Source: Paraphysomonas bandaiensis (taxonomy: Eukaryota; Protista; Chrysophyceae). From it: 64,000 nucleotides of DNA. The stretch is from the NCBI GenBank assembly GCA_965644295.1, contig CBFFRP010000374.1:43851-107850 (forward strand), in the 5' to 3' direction. The notes below the pieces were generated by a model. The model did no database searches, was not told where the DNA came from, and saw only the letters and a list, made by a program, of their open reading frames with translations. Below, piece by piece: positions 1 through 14,900 of the stretch. The stretch's first letter is position 1, and the number at the start of each line of letters is the position of its first letter. The position numbers and the translations under genes are program-made.

Positions 1-1
1 C

Positions 2-571
2 AGTAGCCAATGTGAGGATATGCAGTCAGAAGTGTATTCCGACTGCCTTTCTGATGACATTGAAACCGATTCTCTTGACGAGGGTAGCGTGTATGAAGCT
101 GATTCAGATGACTATTCGGAAGATGGGGACATAGACGAGGTGGGAACAACGTCGTCGATGTGGAATAGAAAAGGAAATCGTGTTGTATCAGATGCAAAAT
201 TCAGTGAAGTTATTAGGGAAAACCGTAAACACTCCGCTAAAAGAAACTTCGAGCGTAGCACTGAGTTAGGTAGAAAGAGCCGAGGAATGCGTAATAATTC
301 CGTCGAAGCAACAGCTGTGACCACACAAAAGCGCAAGAATATCGATAATTATCCACATGTTGAGAAGCGCCTTCGACATGATGATGTCAACAACAGTGCA
401 TCTTCTTCATCTGCTGAGCCGAGTGGTGTTGATAAGGAATCTTCAATGTCTTCCAACCCAGATCTCCAACATCGTAGTGTTAAACAATCTCGTTTTCCAA
501 ATAGCCTTTGTTCATTAGCTGCAATTAGTAACATTTATACGCGTCTCACTGGAGGAAGTATTTCGAATTGA
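2..571 (+). CDS. 3' part of an uncharacterised low-complexity (acidic then basic/Ser-rich) protein; frame is open to the window edge
   Basis: ORF 20..571; the same frame has no stop back to position 2; no recognisable domain. Confidence 0.45.
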   Translation, partial: SSQCEDMQSEVYSDCLSDDIETDSLDEGSVYEADSDDYSEDGDIDEVGTTSSMWNRKGNRVVSDAKFSEVIRENRKHSAKRNFERSTELGRKSRGMRNNSVEATAVTTQKRKNIDNYPHVEKRLRHDDVNNSASSSSAEPSGVDKESSMSSNPDLQHRSVKQSRFPNSLCSLAAISNIYTRLTGGSISN

Positions 572-649
572 TTTTGGGTTGGTTTTGCTTGAAGTTTTTA
601 TGCATTTGTCGTATTGATTTAGCTTGTATCTCTCATTTGTCACGTTACT

Positions 650-1481
650 CTTACTTCCAGTAAGATCATAATATTACCCTATAGACATTAAGCTATATAT
701 AATTTCAATGATTTTTAAATTATTTAAAAGTTGTGAATGTCTTATTATTAGCAATAGCGTGTAAGAGTCAGAACTAATTTAGCAAAAGTATTTAACTAAC
801 AAGTGCTTAACTCTGATATCCTACTATTTAAAGCACCAAAGTGCAACCGCTTTCGCTCTATCGCTCAAAGCAAGCATAATGTTGATATACGTAACCTCTT
901 CTGACTTTAGGATTTTTGAGTCCTCAAGGTGGTGAACAGCCCGAATGCTTGACTTCCGTTGGCAGCAGGCAGCCCAATACCCCTGTTACCCTTGAAGTGG
1001 GGTCATTCCCGGATGCCTGTTTATTCGTCAAGGTCCATACTATGGACCAGCTGAAATTCTACATGAACATCCAGTCGTCGTTTCTTCTACTCTCGTCGCT
1101 TGCTTATTATTAACTTGTACTGTTCTTTTTATCTACTTCTGTAGAAATTTAACACTTATAGCAGTTTAAGTTAATAATAATTGTGTTGACAACACACACT
1201 TGTAATTGTTTAAACATAACAACGTTACTTTTAGTATCTACTATCCACCAACAAAACCTGGTAAAATCACTTTACCAGGTTTGGGCATCACATCGACTTT
1301 AGACGTCAACACAAGTGACACTTATTTATGTCCCTTGTACCACACAAGCAGTTGGCTATAATGAGTGGGTAGAAATGGTCAGCTGACTATATATGCGGCT
1401 CACGTTAGTTTCCCGGAGAAATATCTCCGGTACTTATCCCCCAGAACACCATCAAATGGTGAGAGCTCGACTTTTTGATAG
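650..1481 (-). mobile_element. Copy A of the ~580-bp SINE-like dispersed repeat, near full length, interrupted by an insertion at 1040-1299
   Basis: Collinear similarity to 6333-6924 and 62385-63974 (GCACCAAAGTGCAACC, GCAGCCCAATACCCC, CCGGAGAAATATCTCCGG, CCCCCAGAACACC). Confidence 0.8.
1040..1299. mobile_element. Truncated TA-targeting (Tc1/mariner-like) non-autonomous element inserted in repeat copy A
   Basis: Flanked by TA (1038-39 and 1300-01), and removal restores host GGTCCA-TA-GACGTC; right end ACCAGGTTT...CATCGACTT matches the terminus at 22369-22395; no left TIR visible. Confidence 0.55.
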
Positions 1482-1758
1482 TTAAATTTAAAAAGCAGAA
1501 CTCCAATCAATGGTAAATGTTACAATATTAAGTTAGAGTTGCTGCACAAGTAGAATTGACTGAGAGTATGATGTAATACTTGCGCCTGAATTTGATAGAA
1601 AAACTCTTTTGCGGAGCTAGAAAGTGTTTTCGCTTGCACAAATACATCATTCCCCTCACGATTGCAGATTGTTTCTATTACAGCGGCCCGATGTATAAAA
1701 AACCGTTACTGACTTGATTTGTAATACTTTTATGTGCGCGTGTAAGCAGCGTTAATTA

Positions 1759-1858
1759 AAAGGATATTATCAGAGTTAAGCACTAGTTAAATAAATTGCA
1801 ATGCTAAATTACTTCCCACTCTTAAGCGCCTATTGATATAATAATAAGACATCCACTT
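1759..1858 (+). repeat. Copy B: 3'-terminal fragment of the SINE-like repeat, inverted relative to copy A
   Basis: ATCAGAGTTAAGCACTAGTTAA...ATAATAAGACAT is the reverse complement of 733-825 and 6340-6430. Confidence 0.75.
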
Positions 1859-2436
1859 CTGAAACGCGAGATATGATGAAATAAAGTGTCTGAAGTTATT
1901 GTACTCTATGACGTTTACGAAGTTGTTGAAATTTGCTTTAGTTGTTGAATGCTGTTGGTGTTGATTACAAGAGTTAAATACAGTATCATATTAAATTTCA
2001 ATGAACTCTATGATTTTCGTTATAGACAAACTGATAGTGACTGTATCATATATAGCGACTGCATAAAAGATAGTGTCTATAAAACATAGTATTCAATACG
2101 GTACGTACTCTGAACTATACAACAATATATTTTCTGTACTAATTCTAGCCTACAAATATGAGTGATACAAACCATTACAAAACAACAATTTTGTTAATTC
2201 ATTAGCACAAATACTCGGAACAGCTGAAAAAAAAATAATCTACATTAACTCAGGAATGACTTCCTAGAACTCCTATAAAGTATAAAACTATAAATAATTT
2301 CACACATCATTTACTTCATAGCAGAACACATTAGACTTGTCGTTATCATAAAGTCATTACAACAACAGAACTTCTTACGCGGAATATCCAGTATTCCGAT
2401 TAACAGATGACACTAAACCACACGGCACTGTGATAA

Positions 2437-5175
<2,739 letters not shown>

Positions 5176-6332
5176 ATCTTAATGAACTATAACTAATAGA
5201 TTCAAACTAATTGCATAACAATCTCCAACCACACTCTCTCATCAATCAATTAAAAACTTATGCATGATATCGTCTTCATTACTATTATTTCGTTCTATTG
5301 AATGCATGATATTTTCATGGTTACTGACAGTCAGCTTCAGTCGTCACTCAAGCAAGCTAATAACATATCCATGTTAACCAATCAAAAGTATTTAAATTAT
5401 TTTGATTTGTTATTATTATTCCCATTGAAAAAATACACCAATAAAATCAGTGTTTTCTATTTATCTAAGTATCTATTGGTTGACTGTGCCGTTGAGACAT
5501 ATGTTTGGTTGGCTTGCAATGGTTGGTGCATTGAGTGACAAGAATGCAATGAAGCGAACTCATTCATAACAATGATATTATATTCCATATGAATCGCAGG
5601 GGCCCTCCTCGTTGATATTCGTAATCCAATGCATCTTATAGGTGACAGGCAAGCATTGAACAGCTAGATGTTATACCACTACCAGTGGATGCCTCTTCAA
5701 GATGTGCAGTCGTATGGAAAGACTTGTTGATGGACAGACTCATTACAACAATGAAATTGAATAAATAGATATTGGAATATTTGTTTTTTCTTGATATCGC
5801 TGGATGCATACTACGAAATCTCACGACCCTGTGCGATCTGTTGGTGTCAACGCATTCTCTCAACAAAGTTATTCAATTTCTCTATGTTTCATTTATTACA
5901 ATCAACTGCTTGAATTAGTAATCTGTATGTGTTACAGTATAAGAGGAGTGGAGTAAGATCATTACGCCTGGAGTCGACGCTCTGAATGGAAAGGAATTTA
6001 GTACAGCCTTTAGGATGAGTACCGAATCAACGATTAAAGTGTTCCAGTACTTAGTATTTCCAACACATGTCAATATTTTTAAATACTCTCGTAACAGTGA
6101 ATGTACCTCTACCTTCTCTTGCGTTTATATAATTTGAGCATGCAAAACCTACAAGACAAGACTGGTTAGAATTTTTAATATTTATAATGTATTAGTTGTA
6201 TAGATGGTACACGAAACTGTTGAAATTTATTAAGTAAAAAGTGCAGTATATTTTCTGTGAGTTCATCAAAGTGTCTGAAAACAAGAAAAATAATTCCAAT
6301 AAGTGCGTATTGATGTCATGCTCCTGAATATC

Positions 6333-6924
6333 TAGTAGTGAATGTGTTATTATTAGCAATAAGAGTTTAAGAGTAAGAACTACTTTAGCATTGCAATTTA
6401 ATTAACTAGTGCTTAACTCTGATATCCTACTATTTAACAATACGAAAACTGCTTGTGCGTCACCGCATGCACCAAAGTGCAACCACATTCGCTCTATCGC
6501 TCAAAGCCAGCGCAGTGAGCACGCAGAATGGTGATATACCTGACTTCTGCTAACTTTATGATTTTTGAGTTCTTAAGAGGTGAACAGCCCGAATGATTGG
6601 CTTCAGCAGTCAGCAGGAAGCCCAATACCCCAGATGCCCTTGAAGTGGGCTCATTCCTGGATGCTTGACTTCCGTTGGCAGCAGGCAGCCTAATACCGCG
6701 GTTACTATTCACCTGGGCCTAGTCCCGGATGCATCTTTATATGTTAAGGCCCAAAGACGTCTACACAAGGCAGTGACACTTATTACTGTCCCTTTGTACC
6801 ACACAAGCAGTTGGCTATGAGTGGGCAGCAATATATGCGGTTCACGTTAGTTTACCGGAGAAATATCTCCGGTACTTATCCCCCAGAACACCATCAAAAG
6901 GTGCGAGTCCGACTGTGTTGAGAG
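6333..6924 (-). mobile_element. Copy C: full-length copy of the SINE-like repeat, with an internal ~75-bp tandem duplication (~6587-6735)
   Basis: Collinear with copies A and G; no TIRs and no convincing ORF. Confidence 0.85.
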
Positions 6925-7205
6925 CTGGATTGTTTGTATATTTTTTCGTGGTATTGTTATCAAATGTCTAAGTGCGTAGTACATGGTCTAGACTTTAAAA
7001 ACTTAGGATATTCGAACTACTATGACCATTCAAATGTCAAGAACTGATACAATAAAAGCTATTTGTAATATCATAAATCTAAAAACTAATTATATATTAA
7101 CAAGAAAGTCATTCAATATCACGTTGATCACGGCACCTTTATTTCTGATATATAAATACATGAGAAAGTGTAACACATATACAAAACAATAGGAATACGG
7201 TTCAG

Positions 7206-10200
7206 CTAGATGGTAGATTGGCCATCACTAATATTAGATTTAAATTTGTTCACTCGCATAACAATATGCTCCATGATGTCAGCTTTGGTAATGTCTTCAT
7301 AGGTAATAGTGCCGGTTCCATTTGTGTCAATGTCGTAGAACTGTTGATTTATAATACAAACAAGTTCAGGATTGAGAACACCAATGCGAACCAGCATCAA
7401 AATAATGAACTCCTTGGTGTCTAGACTGCCATCTCCATCTACAGAATAAACATAGAGGTGAATTCTACAGTGTTTATTCAATCGACAAAGTCAACCATGT
7501 CCAAATATGAACACTATAAATTTCTAGCTGCTTATAAAGGTCGTCTCACCTTCCATGCCAAATGAACGCATCATGCAAAGTTCTTCTTCAGTTATTGGAG
7601 CCAGCATTTCCTGATTCGAGATATCATTTACTTTTCTCGCCACAGCTGCAGTAGCCGTAATTCCAAAGACAACCGCCTGTAAATACGTATATCATTACAC
7701 GGGCACTACTCAATGTATTAAACAGACTATGCTAAACAGAAACTATATTCCCATGCAACGCACTTTGTTTAGAGTCATGCAAGTATAACTCACCATTAAT
7801 GGAATACCAATTGTCATATATACAGCCACCAATGCATAAGATAAATTGCTTGCATTGTCAGGAATAGACTTCAGGCCTGACGTTGACAACGTTGTTAGAA
7901 CAAACATTGCACTTTCCAGTACGCTCCATTTGATAACTAAGCATGCCCACGTCACACCGATGACAACCCATATCGAGAATAATATATAAATTCGGAGCTT
8001 TGGCATATAGTACACTAGTCCTGCAGCGATGTCGTCCCATATACCCTCTGTGAGGAACGCTTTCTCGAGATTTTCTCGTTTCAACGCCTCCATAAACCTG
8101 TAATGCAATACAAATTAGCGTGCTATGAAATAAGACCCTTCAGTGCAAATATCATTAACGAACATCCCATATTTCACACAGCATACACACTGGTACAGAC
8201 GTCATGTACCCACCAGTCATTCTTCAAATCAGAAAATAGCATCGCACAAAATGCCATGATCACGGCAGTGGCAACGCTTCCGACTAACAAGTGGAATATC
8301 GAGTATGCGTGGGTATATGCCGCTTTGTGCACATCCATCCAGAATATGCTGAATCCGATGCTCACACTCAAATAAAAGCCCTTAGAAAATGATACGTGTT
8401 CAGTGAACGCATAAAACATAGTGCCCGCGATGATCCAAACGCACCTATAAATTAAGAAGATGAAATAAAACAAATCACAAGCACAATGAGAGCATAAGCT
8501 ACCATATATATCGAAAAATGTGAAAGCGACAGCAATGAATGCGTACGCACACTTTATACATGGGGTATGAGTGTTGTGCGTCGCACTTACCATGCACAGA
8601 ATGCCTGAAAGTAGTGATCATATAAGAAAGCGTCCCGTATACTCTGAAGAACCATGGCGCAAATCGACTTATCTGGCGGAAATCCGCGCCGAAATGACTG
8701 AACTAATATATTCTTTACTGTCATACGCCTTATGCTTTTCGCATTACGAGAGTGGAACTCGACTGATAAGCGCCGCTGTCGTTTGGCTGCATTTGCGACA
8801 TCGTGAATGTCGATACGATTTACACTCTCACGACGTTTCCCGTGTTGGGTATTTGTAGTTATACCAATATGGTTAACGCTCCCTCGACGTTTCCCTGGCT
8901 GTTGTTGAGTATCTATAGAAGAATTAACCTCACCCTCGGGGCGATGAATCATACGGTCAGGCACAGTGCCAGACTCAGACGTTTGCTTTACAACCGCTTT
9001 AGATTCATGGGCAGATGTCTTTCCTTCAATAGGTAAACTACACTGCACACCTTCCACTGCAGGGTGATCAGAAATACTTCTTGCTGATTTACAATCAGGT
9101 ATTTCTTTTGCAGTGCCCCCATTCAAATGCTTGGGCATACTCTCCACTGCAGGCACACTCTGGACCTTAACGGAGACTTGATGTGAACAATTATTCTGCT
9201 CAGAGACTACGACATGGCTATACGAGCTAGTCGCGCAATCATTGGTTTCCGAAGCTACACTATCTATACTTGACTCTCGTCTTTTGATGATTGCTGGCAG
9301 CAAAGGTCGCTCCGGTGCATGTGATATGTTGTCTGTAGACGAGAACTGACGGACTATAGTGCATTGCAACGCTTTAGCTAACGGTGAAAGTTGAATGGGA
9401 GCCTTACTACCACAGTAAGTGGAATCCATATCCCAATTTTCATCATACTCGTTGGACCCACTTTTCGCATCAAAGTCAATTGAGTTACATTTATTTAATA
9501 CAGACGCCTGTGAAGGAATACTCAAATCACTTGATGGTGGGTCATTTGTAGTGTTTTGCAGAATTTCCATTGACACGTCAACCCTTTCATTCCCAGAAGG
9601 TATTTCGTCGTGTCCTGTGTCATCATAATCATTTCCTATGCTTCCCGACTCAACATCATTTTCTATAGCATTAGTCTCAAAGAAAAAGGAATGTTGGTCG
9701 TGAGGAGTTGAGTCAGCAGGGCTCAAAGGTATATTAGACATGCTCTGTTGAGAGTTAACAGAATAATCAGAGCTCTGCTGGACACAATACACTCGACCTC
9801 GACCGTTTGAGCTCTTCTTCGTGCTAGCACGGCGCTGACTGCGAGGCCTTGAAACAGACAGAGATACAGCTCTGTGCAACGCTTGAGCTCCAGTTGAAGA
9901 TGCTAGTAGTAGTTTTTGTACTGCACTGGTAAACCGCTGCTTGACATTCGCCTTCTTGCCTCCGAATAACAGTTCTGAGTAATCTATGCCACCCTCTCCC
10001 TTAATATCTAATTCATGGAACCTCTGCTTTAGCTTCCCTATTACTTGTGGAGGAACAGCACCTATTCTAACTACAATTAATATAACGTACTCTTTAGCGT
10101 CTATACTGCCATCTCCGTCGTCAATACCAAACTGCTTCATGAATCGAATCTCAGAAGGAGTAATTTTCGCCATGATTTTTCGGAACATTTCCAGTTCATC

Positions 10201-11332
10201 AGATGCAAACATAAGTCGAGACGCTACCAGGCCGAGCGCCACAGCCATAAGAGGCATACCAATATTTCCATAAAACGCTACCACAACATACTGCGAGGAT
10301 GGGGATGAATGAGGTATTGTGGAATAACCACTTCCTGATAATAACAGTATTAGAAAAGACAAGAAGTAGAGTTATCAAATAGTGAATCATGCTACGGTCG
10401 TGACACCAACCTGTAAGTGTCGACACAGTGAAATCCAGCGCATTCCACACAGTCCACCCATCCACACTGCAAGAAAACCATACTACACCGAGAATCCACC
10501 ATACTAAAAATAGAAGTATGGCTTTGTGTTGGGGAGCGTAAAACGCTACATAACTGTATATCATATCAACTATATTTTGATTTTTTGTAGAGGCGGCTAG
10601 TTCTTTCTGCCGTCGAATATTGACCATCCAATTTTCCCTCCGCGCGGCTAATTGTTCTGCAATAAATACAACTATCATTACTAGAAAGAATACCCCAATA
10701 GAAGCATGTAGTGAAGTGAAGATCTTGCTTAGCGGCGTACTGTATGGCGGAGGGTAGTGTGGATCAATTGGCCATGCAATAGACCATCCAACATTCACAC
10801 TCATATAGTACCCATAAGACCATCCGTATTGATCATGTAGTGCATAGAAAATAGTCCCTGACACTATCCACACTACCCTGTAGAGCAATGTACGTTATAC
10901 AAAGAAGGATAGATATCACTAACATAGAGAAAACACAACTTTTTAAATCACAATACAAACTAACATACATATCGCAATACGTAGTGTACTCTTCTCTTAC
11001 CAGGCTCCAATGGCACATGTCACTCGGGTATTTATGGATAACGCGCGATTTTTCTGAAAGTTTTGAAGCTCCAGCATCTGTGCAGTGCTCAGTATATTTC
11101 CGGTTCCTTTCTTACGGGATGCTATTCGTGCCTTTGTACGAGCAGTAAGTTCCTTTGATTGAGTTACTAACAACCCAGAACTAAACGTTTGAGATGTATG
11201 TAACATAATTCGTCGGGATGTTATCCGATCTGGTTCATATATTACTAACCCATCCTCTGCATCCTCCCCGTCACTTAATATATACTCAGACTCGTCACAT
11301 AATTCATTTGAAAACATCTCTACATCACCCAT
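7206..11332 (-). CDS. Two-pore K+-channel-like (TPK-like) protein with two tandem [4TM/2 pore loop + 2 EF-hand] modules; 7 exons (~11332-11001, 10877-10411, 10334-8591, 8444-8214, 8097-7794, 7676-7550, 7438-7206)
   Basis: TM-pore-TM pattern four times (WIVSGTIFY, NALDFTVSTLT, WIIAGTMFY, ESAMFVLTTLST); EF-hands DGDGSIDAKE, DIKGEGGIDYSE, DGDGSLDTKE, DTNGTGTITYED; GT-AG junctions join all ORF pieces in frame. Confidence 0.8.
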
Positions 11333-11926
11333 TATGGATATTTAATATTCTATACAGTCATTGGAATAAACTCTGACTCAAATGTATGTGTATAAGTGTA
11401 TTTATCATATACAGAGTGTGTTATGGATATAAACCACTAGCACAGTAGCACGAGATCATTATACTGTTCTGATAAGGTAATATACAGTGAGATGATAGTA
11501 AGAAACTGTCCGTATCTCATTCAATAGATAGATGAAGTAATAGAAGGGGTGTTGATATGTATGTATAGCTCAACAGCAGAACATGTAGCTCTATGTATGT
11601 ATATATGGAGACACGGACCTAATCTTGTTCAATACAGAGTGTATATGTGCGCAACGAATCGTACGTTTATATATACGCACTACTAGTATAGGGAGATCCT
11701 CTTGTAGCCCGTACTTTTTGGTGTACGTCATTCTTTTCTATACTTCAATACTTTGTATGTGTCAATATACAACATGTCGTACACCTATACACTGTGTACC
11801 TGTGTACATGTACATAGGTACTGTATATCTCTAACAGGACTTGGAATACACGAGTACACTAATAGATATGATGAGGACATCTCGCTCATATATACATACA
11901 TCCATCTATTAATAATCCATAACTAA

Positions 11927-14900
11927 ATGGAGGGTAATACACTTGACCCTGTATTGGATATGAGTGACTCATGTGTCTCAGCATCTCACAGTCCACACAA
12001 CATGTGTTTTAAAGTCAAATGGAGTCTGTCTCACTCCCATCAAGATCTCATCACTACATACGATAAGATCTCTATACACCCCCCTACTACCACACCTTCC
12101 TCTTCATTAATATATCAATATAATCGTCAGAATTTATTAAACGATAGCTGTATAATTACATATGACTCTCTGTGTGATATAGAGATGGGTGTCGCCTACA
12201 CGGTATGTTATACATCTGCCCCGAGTGGTCATATATTAGCACAAGCTACTGTAACTACCATATCATATGAACAAGAAATACAGAATCTTCCAGGAAGATT
12301 ACAAGTAGAATATGATTCCAAAGACAATCATGTATTGATATATTTCGACTTGTCTGCTGTTCCAAATTTTTCACCGAGTTCGTCAGACTCTTTACACATA
12401 TGTCGAGAGAAAGATAGCTCCTTCCATTTTCAGGCTCGTATATCTGCGACGGGTGAAGTTAAAGGTAAAACTTATTTTCATGTTAATACTGAACTTAAAA
12501 ATGGCGTAAACTACAATGTCCGATATTTATTCGATGATAATAATATAGTCGGAGTTAGTAACGTTTTCCAGTGTTCTGGATTATTTTGCCACTCGAGCTG
12601 TGAGGAGTGTATATTAACAGCAAATTTCGATCCTGAAACTTGTTCAGTGGATGCTACTTGGGAGTTCCCGCAGCCTACTTCTATAACTGTTTCGAACACA
12701 CAGTTTTTATATTTATATAGGACAGAGGAGACCAGTGTGGATGTTGATTTGCAGCAATATCACTATATATCTATCCAGACATCTGGTAAATATAAAGGAA
12801 GCGTACGAATAGCAGTTCAAGGTGCAGTAAGTAATAATGAAACTTATACGCTGCGATATGTCGACACCACCTCGTGGACGAGCTATGGATCAGTGACTTT
12901 TACTGCACGGGATGTATCAACAAGTCATAGCGACGTGAGCCAGCTTTCGGCGGCCATGGTGTATAATTCAGGAGCATTCATGAGATATATGACACAGGAA
13001 GCCGAAGAGATTAATGATGCACCATACAACCCTATTTTGAGTGTTGATGTTGACAAAGACTACTCTGTGGCGCAGTTTTTGGAGGAATACCATGCAGCAT
13101 CTCTCCCAAATTCATCTGAGAAGTTCACTGAAGGTTTTGCACCTCTCTCTGCAGAAGACCTTCAACAATCACTCTACATTCATCTAGACAAATCCCCTGG
13201 TGTAATATACGCAGGTGCGGGTTGCTCCATGGATGCACCGTCGTGTTCGCCGTCTTGGTGGAGGTTAATGGCAGAGCTTGTGCGAGCAGTGTTCAGTACT
13301 GCCCCTGAAGAACACCGCCCTCGTCAATATACGGAGAGTGATGTTTCACGTCAACCCGAAGAAATTATGGAGTCATTTTATTATATACTCGGAGAGAAGC
13401 TACTGACATTGTTTCGAGCTCTGGAATATGGTCGTCCGAATGCCAATCACGTTGCGATGGCCAAACTTGCTAAAGCAGGAAAAATTAAGGCTATCTTTAC
13501 AACAAACTTTGATTTATTCATTGAGCGTGCTTTGAAAGAAGAAAGTGTTGACTTTAAAGCTGTAGTCACCAATGAGGAATTTGAAGAGTATCTATATATG
13601 TTAAAATCTGGCACAGCTCCAGTGGCAGTGCTGAAAATACACGGCACAGTGGACAGACCGGAAACTATCGTGGCTGTGGCAAGCCACTATAAAATGGACA
13701 AAGGATTTTCCGGTACGAAAGCCGAAGTTTTACTAGATCTGGTTCAACAGTTTCCAGTATTGTTTATCGGATATTCGGGGTGGGATTTTGTACATAAAAA
13801 CTACCAAGACTTTTGGTCCCGTGTGCAGACCAACGGCTGTAGAGGTCTCTTTTGGCTGAAGTTGTTGGGGTTTTCTGGGGGGCCTGATTTAGGTAGGGTT
13901 GTAGGGCGCCATGTGGGCACTAAACTTCATATTGGAGCTGGTCGGTTACCTGATTTTTATAAGGATATCTTGAATCGGTATGTGGAGGATACGGAGAGCT
14001 GTTTCCTGGGAAAGGCAGCCCGGGTAGATGCCACTCTAGAGTTAAATACAGTGAATGCATTACGGTTTGAATTTATGCTCCAGTGGGTGCAAAATATTCA
14101 TCCCACCACGTTATTATCCTTGGTTATGATTGAAGGACATCGACTTAATGAGATCATGCAGAAATCTGCGGAGAGATTAAAGCGACATGCTGGAAGTCAA
14201 GAGGTAGCGGAAAGCACATCAGACATGATGGCGGTCTACATGCAGTTAGCACTGGATCTTCAAAGTGGTATAATTACTGAAGAAGAATACAACGACCGCG
14301 TCAACGTTCAAACAATGAAAACAACTTTTCAGTATGTTGCACTAGATAAAGAGAAAAAGGAGCAAGTAATGCTCCTCTGTAGTCGAGCTTGTCGTTCTCA
14401 CTCGTTACTGAAAGACAACTCTACCAACCAAAGTATGCTTGGGTCATTAATAATGTCAATATCTCATTCTCTACCCGAGACTGCTAGCCCTCAGGAGTAC
14501 ATTGATACAGCACTGCGATTTCTACAGAAAGTTGAGCGATACAAATCAAGTCCAGCAGCCAGAGACAAGATCGTAGCGGATACACTCTTGTACTGCTCCT
14601 CTATGCTGGCGGGATCAGTGGACAATCAACAAAACGTAGATTCATGGATCATTCAGTTGGCTGACAAAGCTATATTAGAAGAGTGGACTGACGATAAATT
14701 ATCGACGGAGCGCGCAAATTTATGTAGCCGAATAACCCAGTTGACCTCAGGTACTCTGGATATAGAAGGAATTTTAGATACACAAATGCAGCTCTCGCTT
14801 AAAATCCCGGAATCGGAATTGAATATACTGTTAGAAAGCTGCACGGCGATAGCACTGGGGTTAATTAGTCAGTCAGAGCAACGTGGTTTGGGATTTATGA

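Noticed and set aside
5940-6050. Possible PIF/Harbinger transposase scrap (EFSTAFRMSTES)
   Set aside because: Too short, with no DDE motifs or TIRs visible.
6400-6445. Pistol-ribozyme-like words (TTAAATAG...TTAAGC) on the minus strand of the repeat
   Set aside because: Spacing is wrong and no P1/pseudoknot pairing was found.
6494-6712. Short ORFs within the dispersed repeat (also 916-1113, 51301-51492, 62558-62981)
   Set aside because: Frames are not conserved between copies and no protein motif is recognisable; treated as non-coding.
6333-6924. Helitron interpretation of the dispersed repeat (terminal hairpin)
   Set aside because: No consistent TC...CTRR ends or A|T insertion site, and copy G2 has a TSD. 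Not fully excluded.
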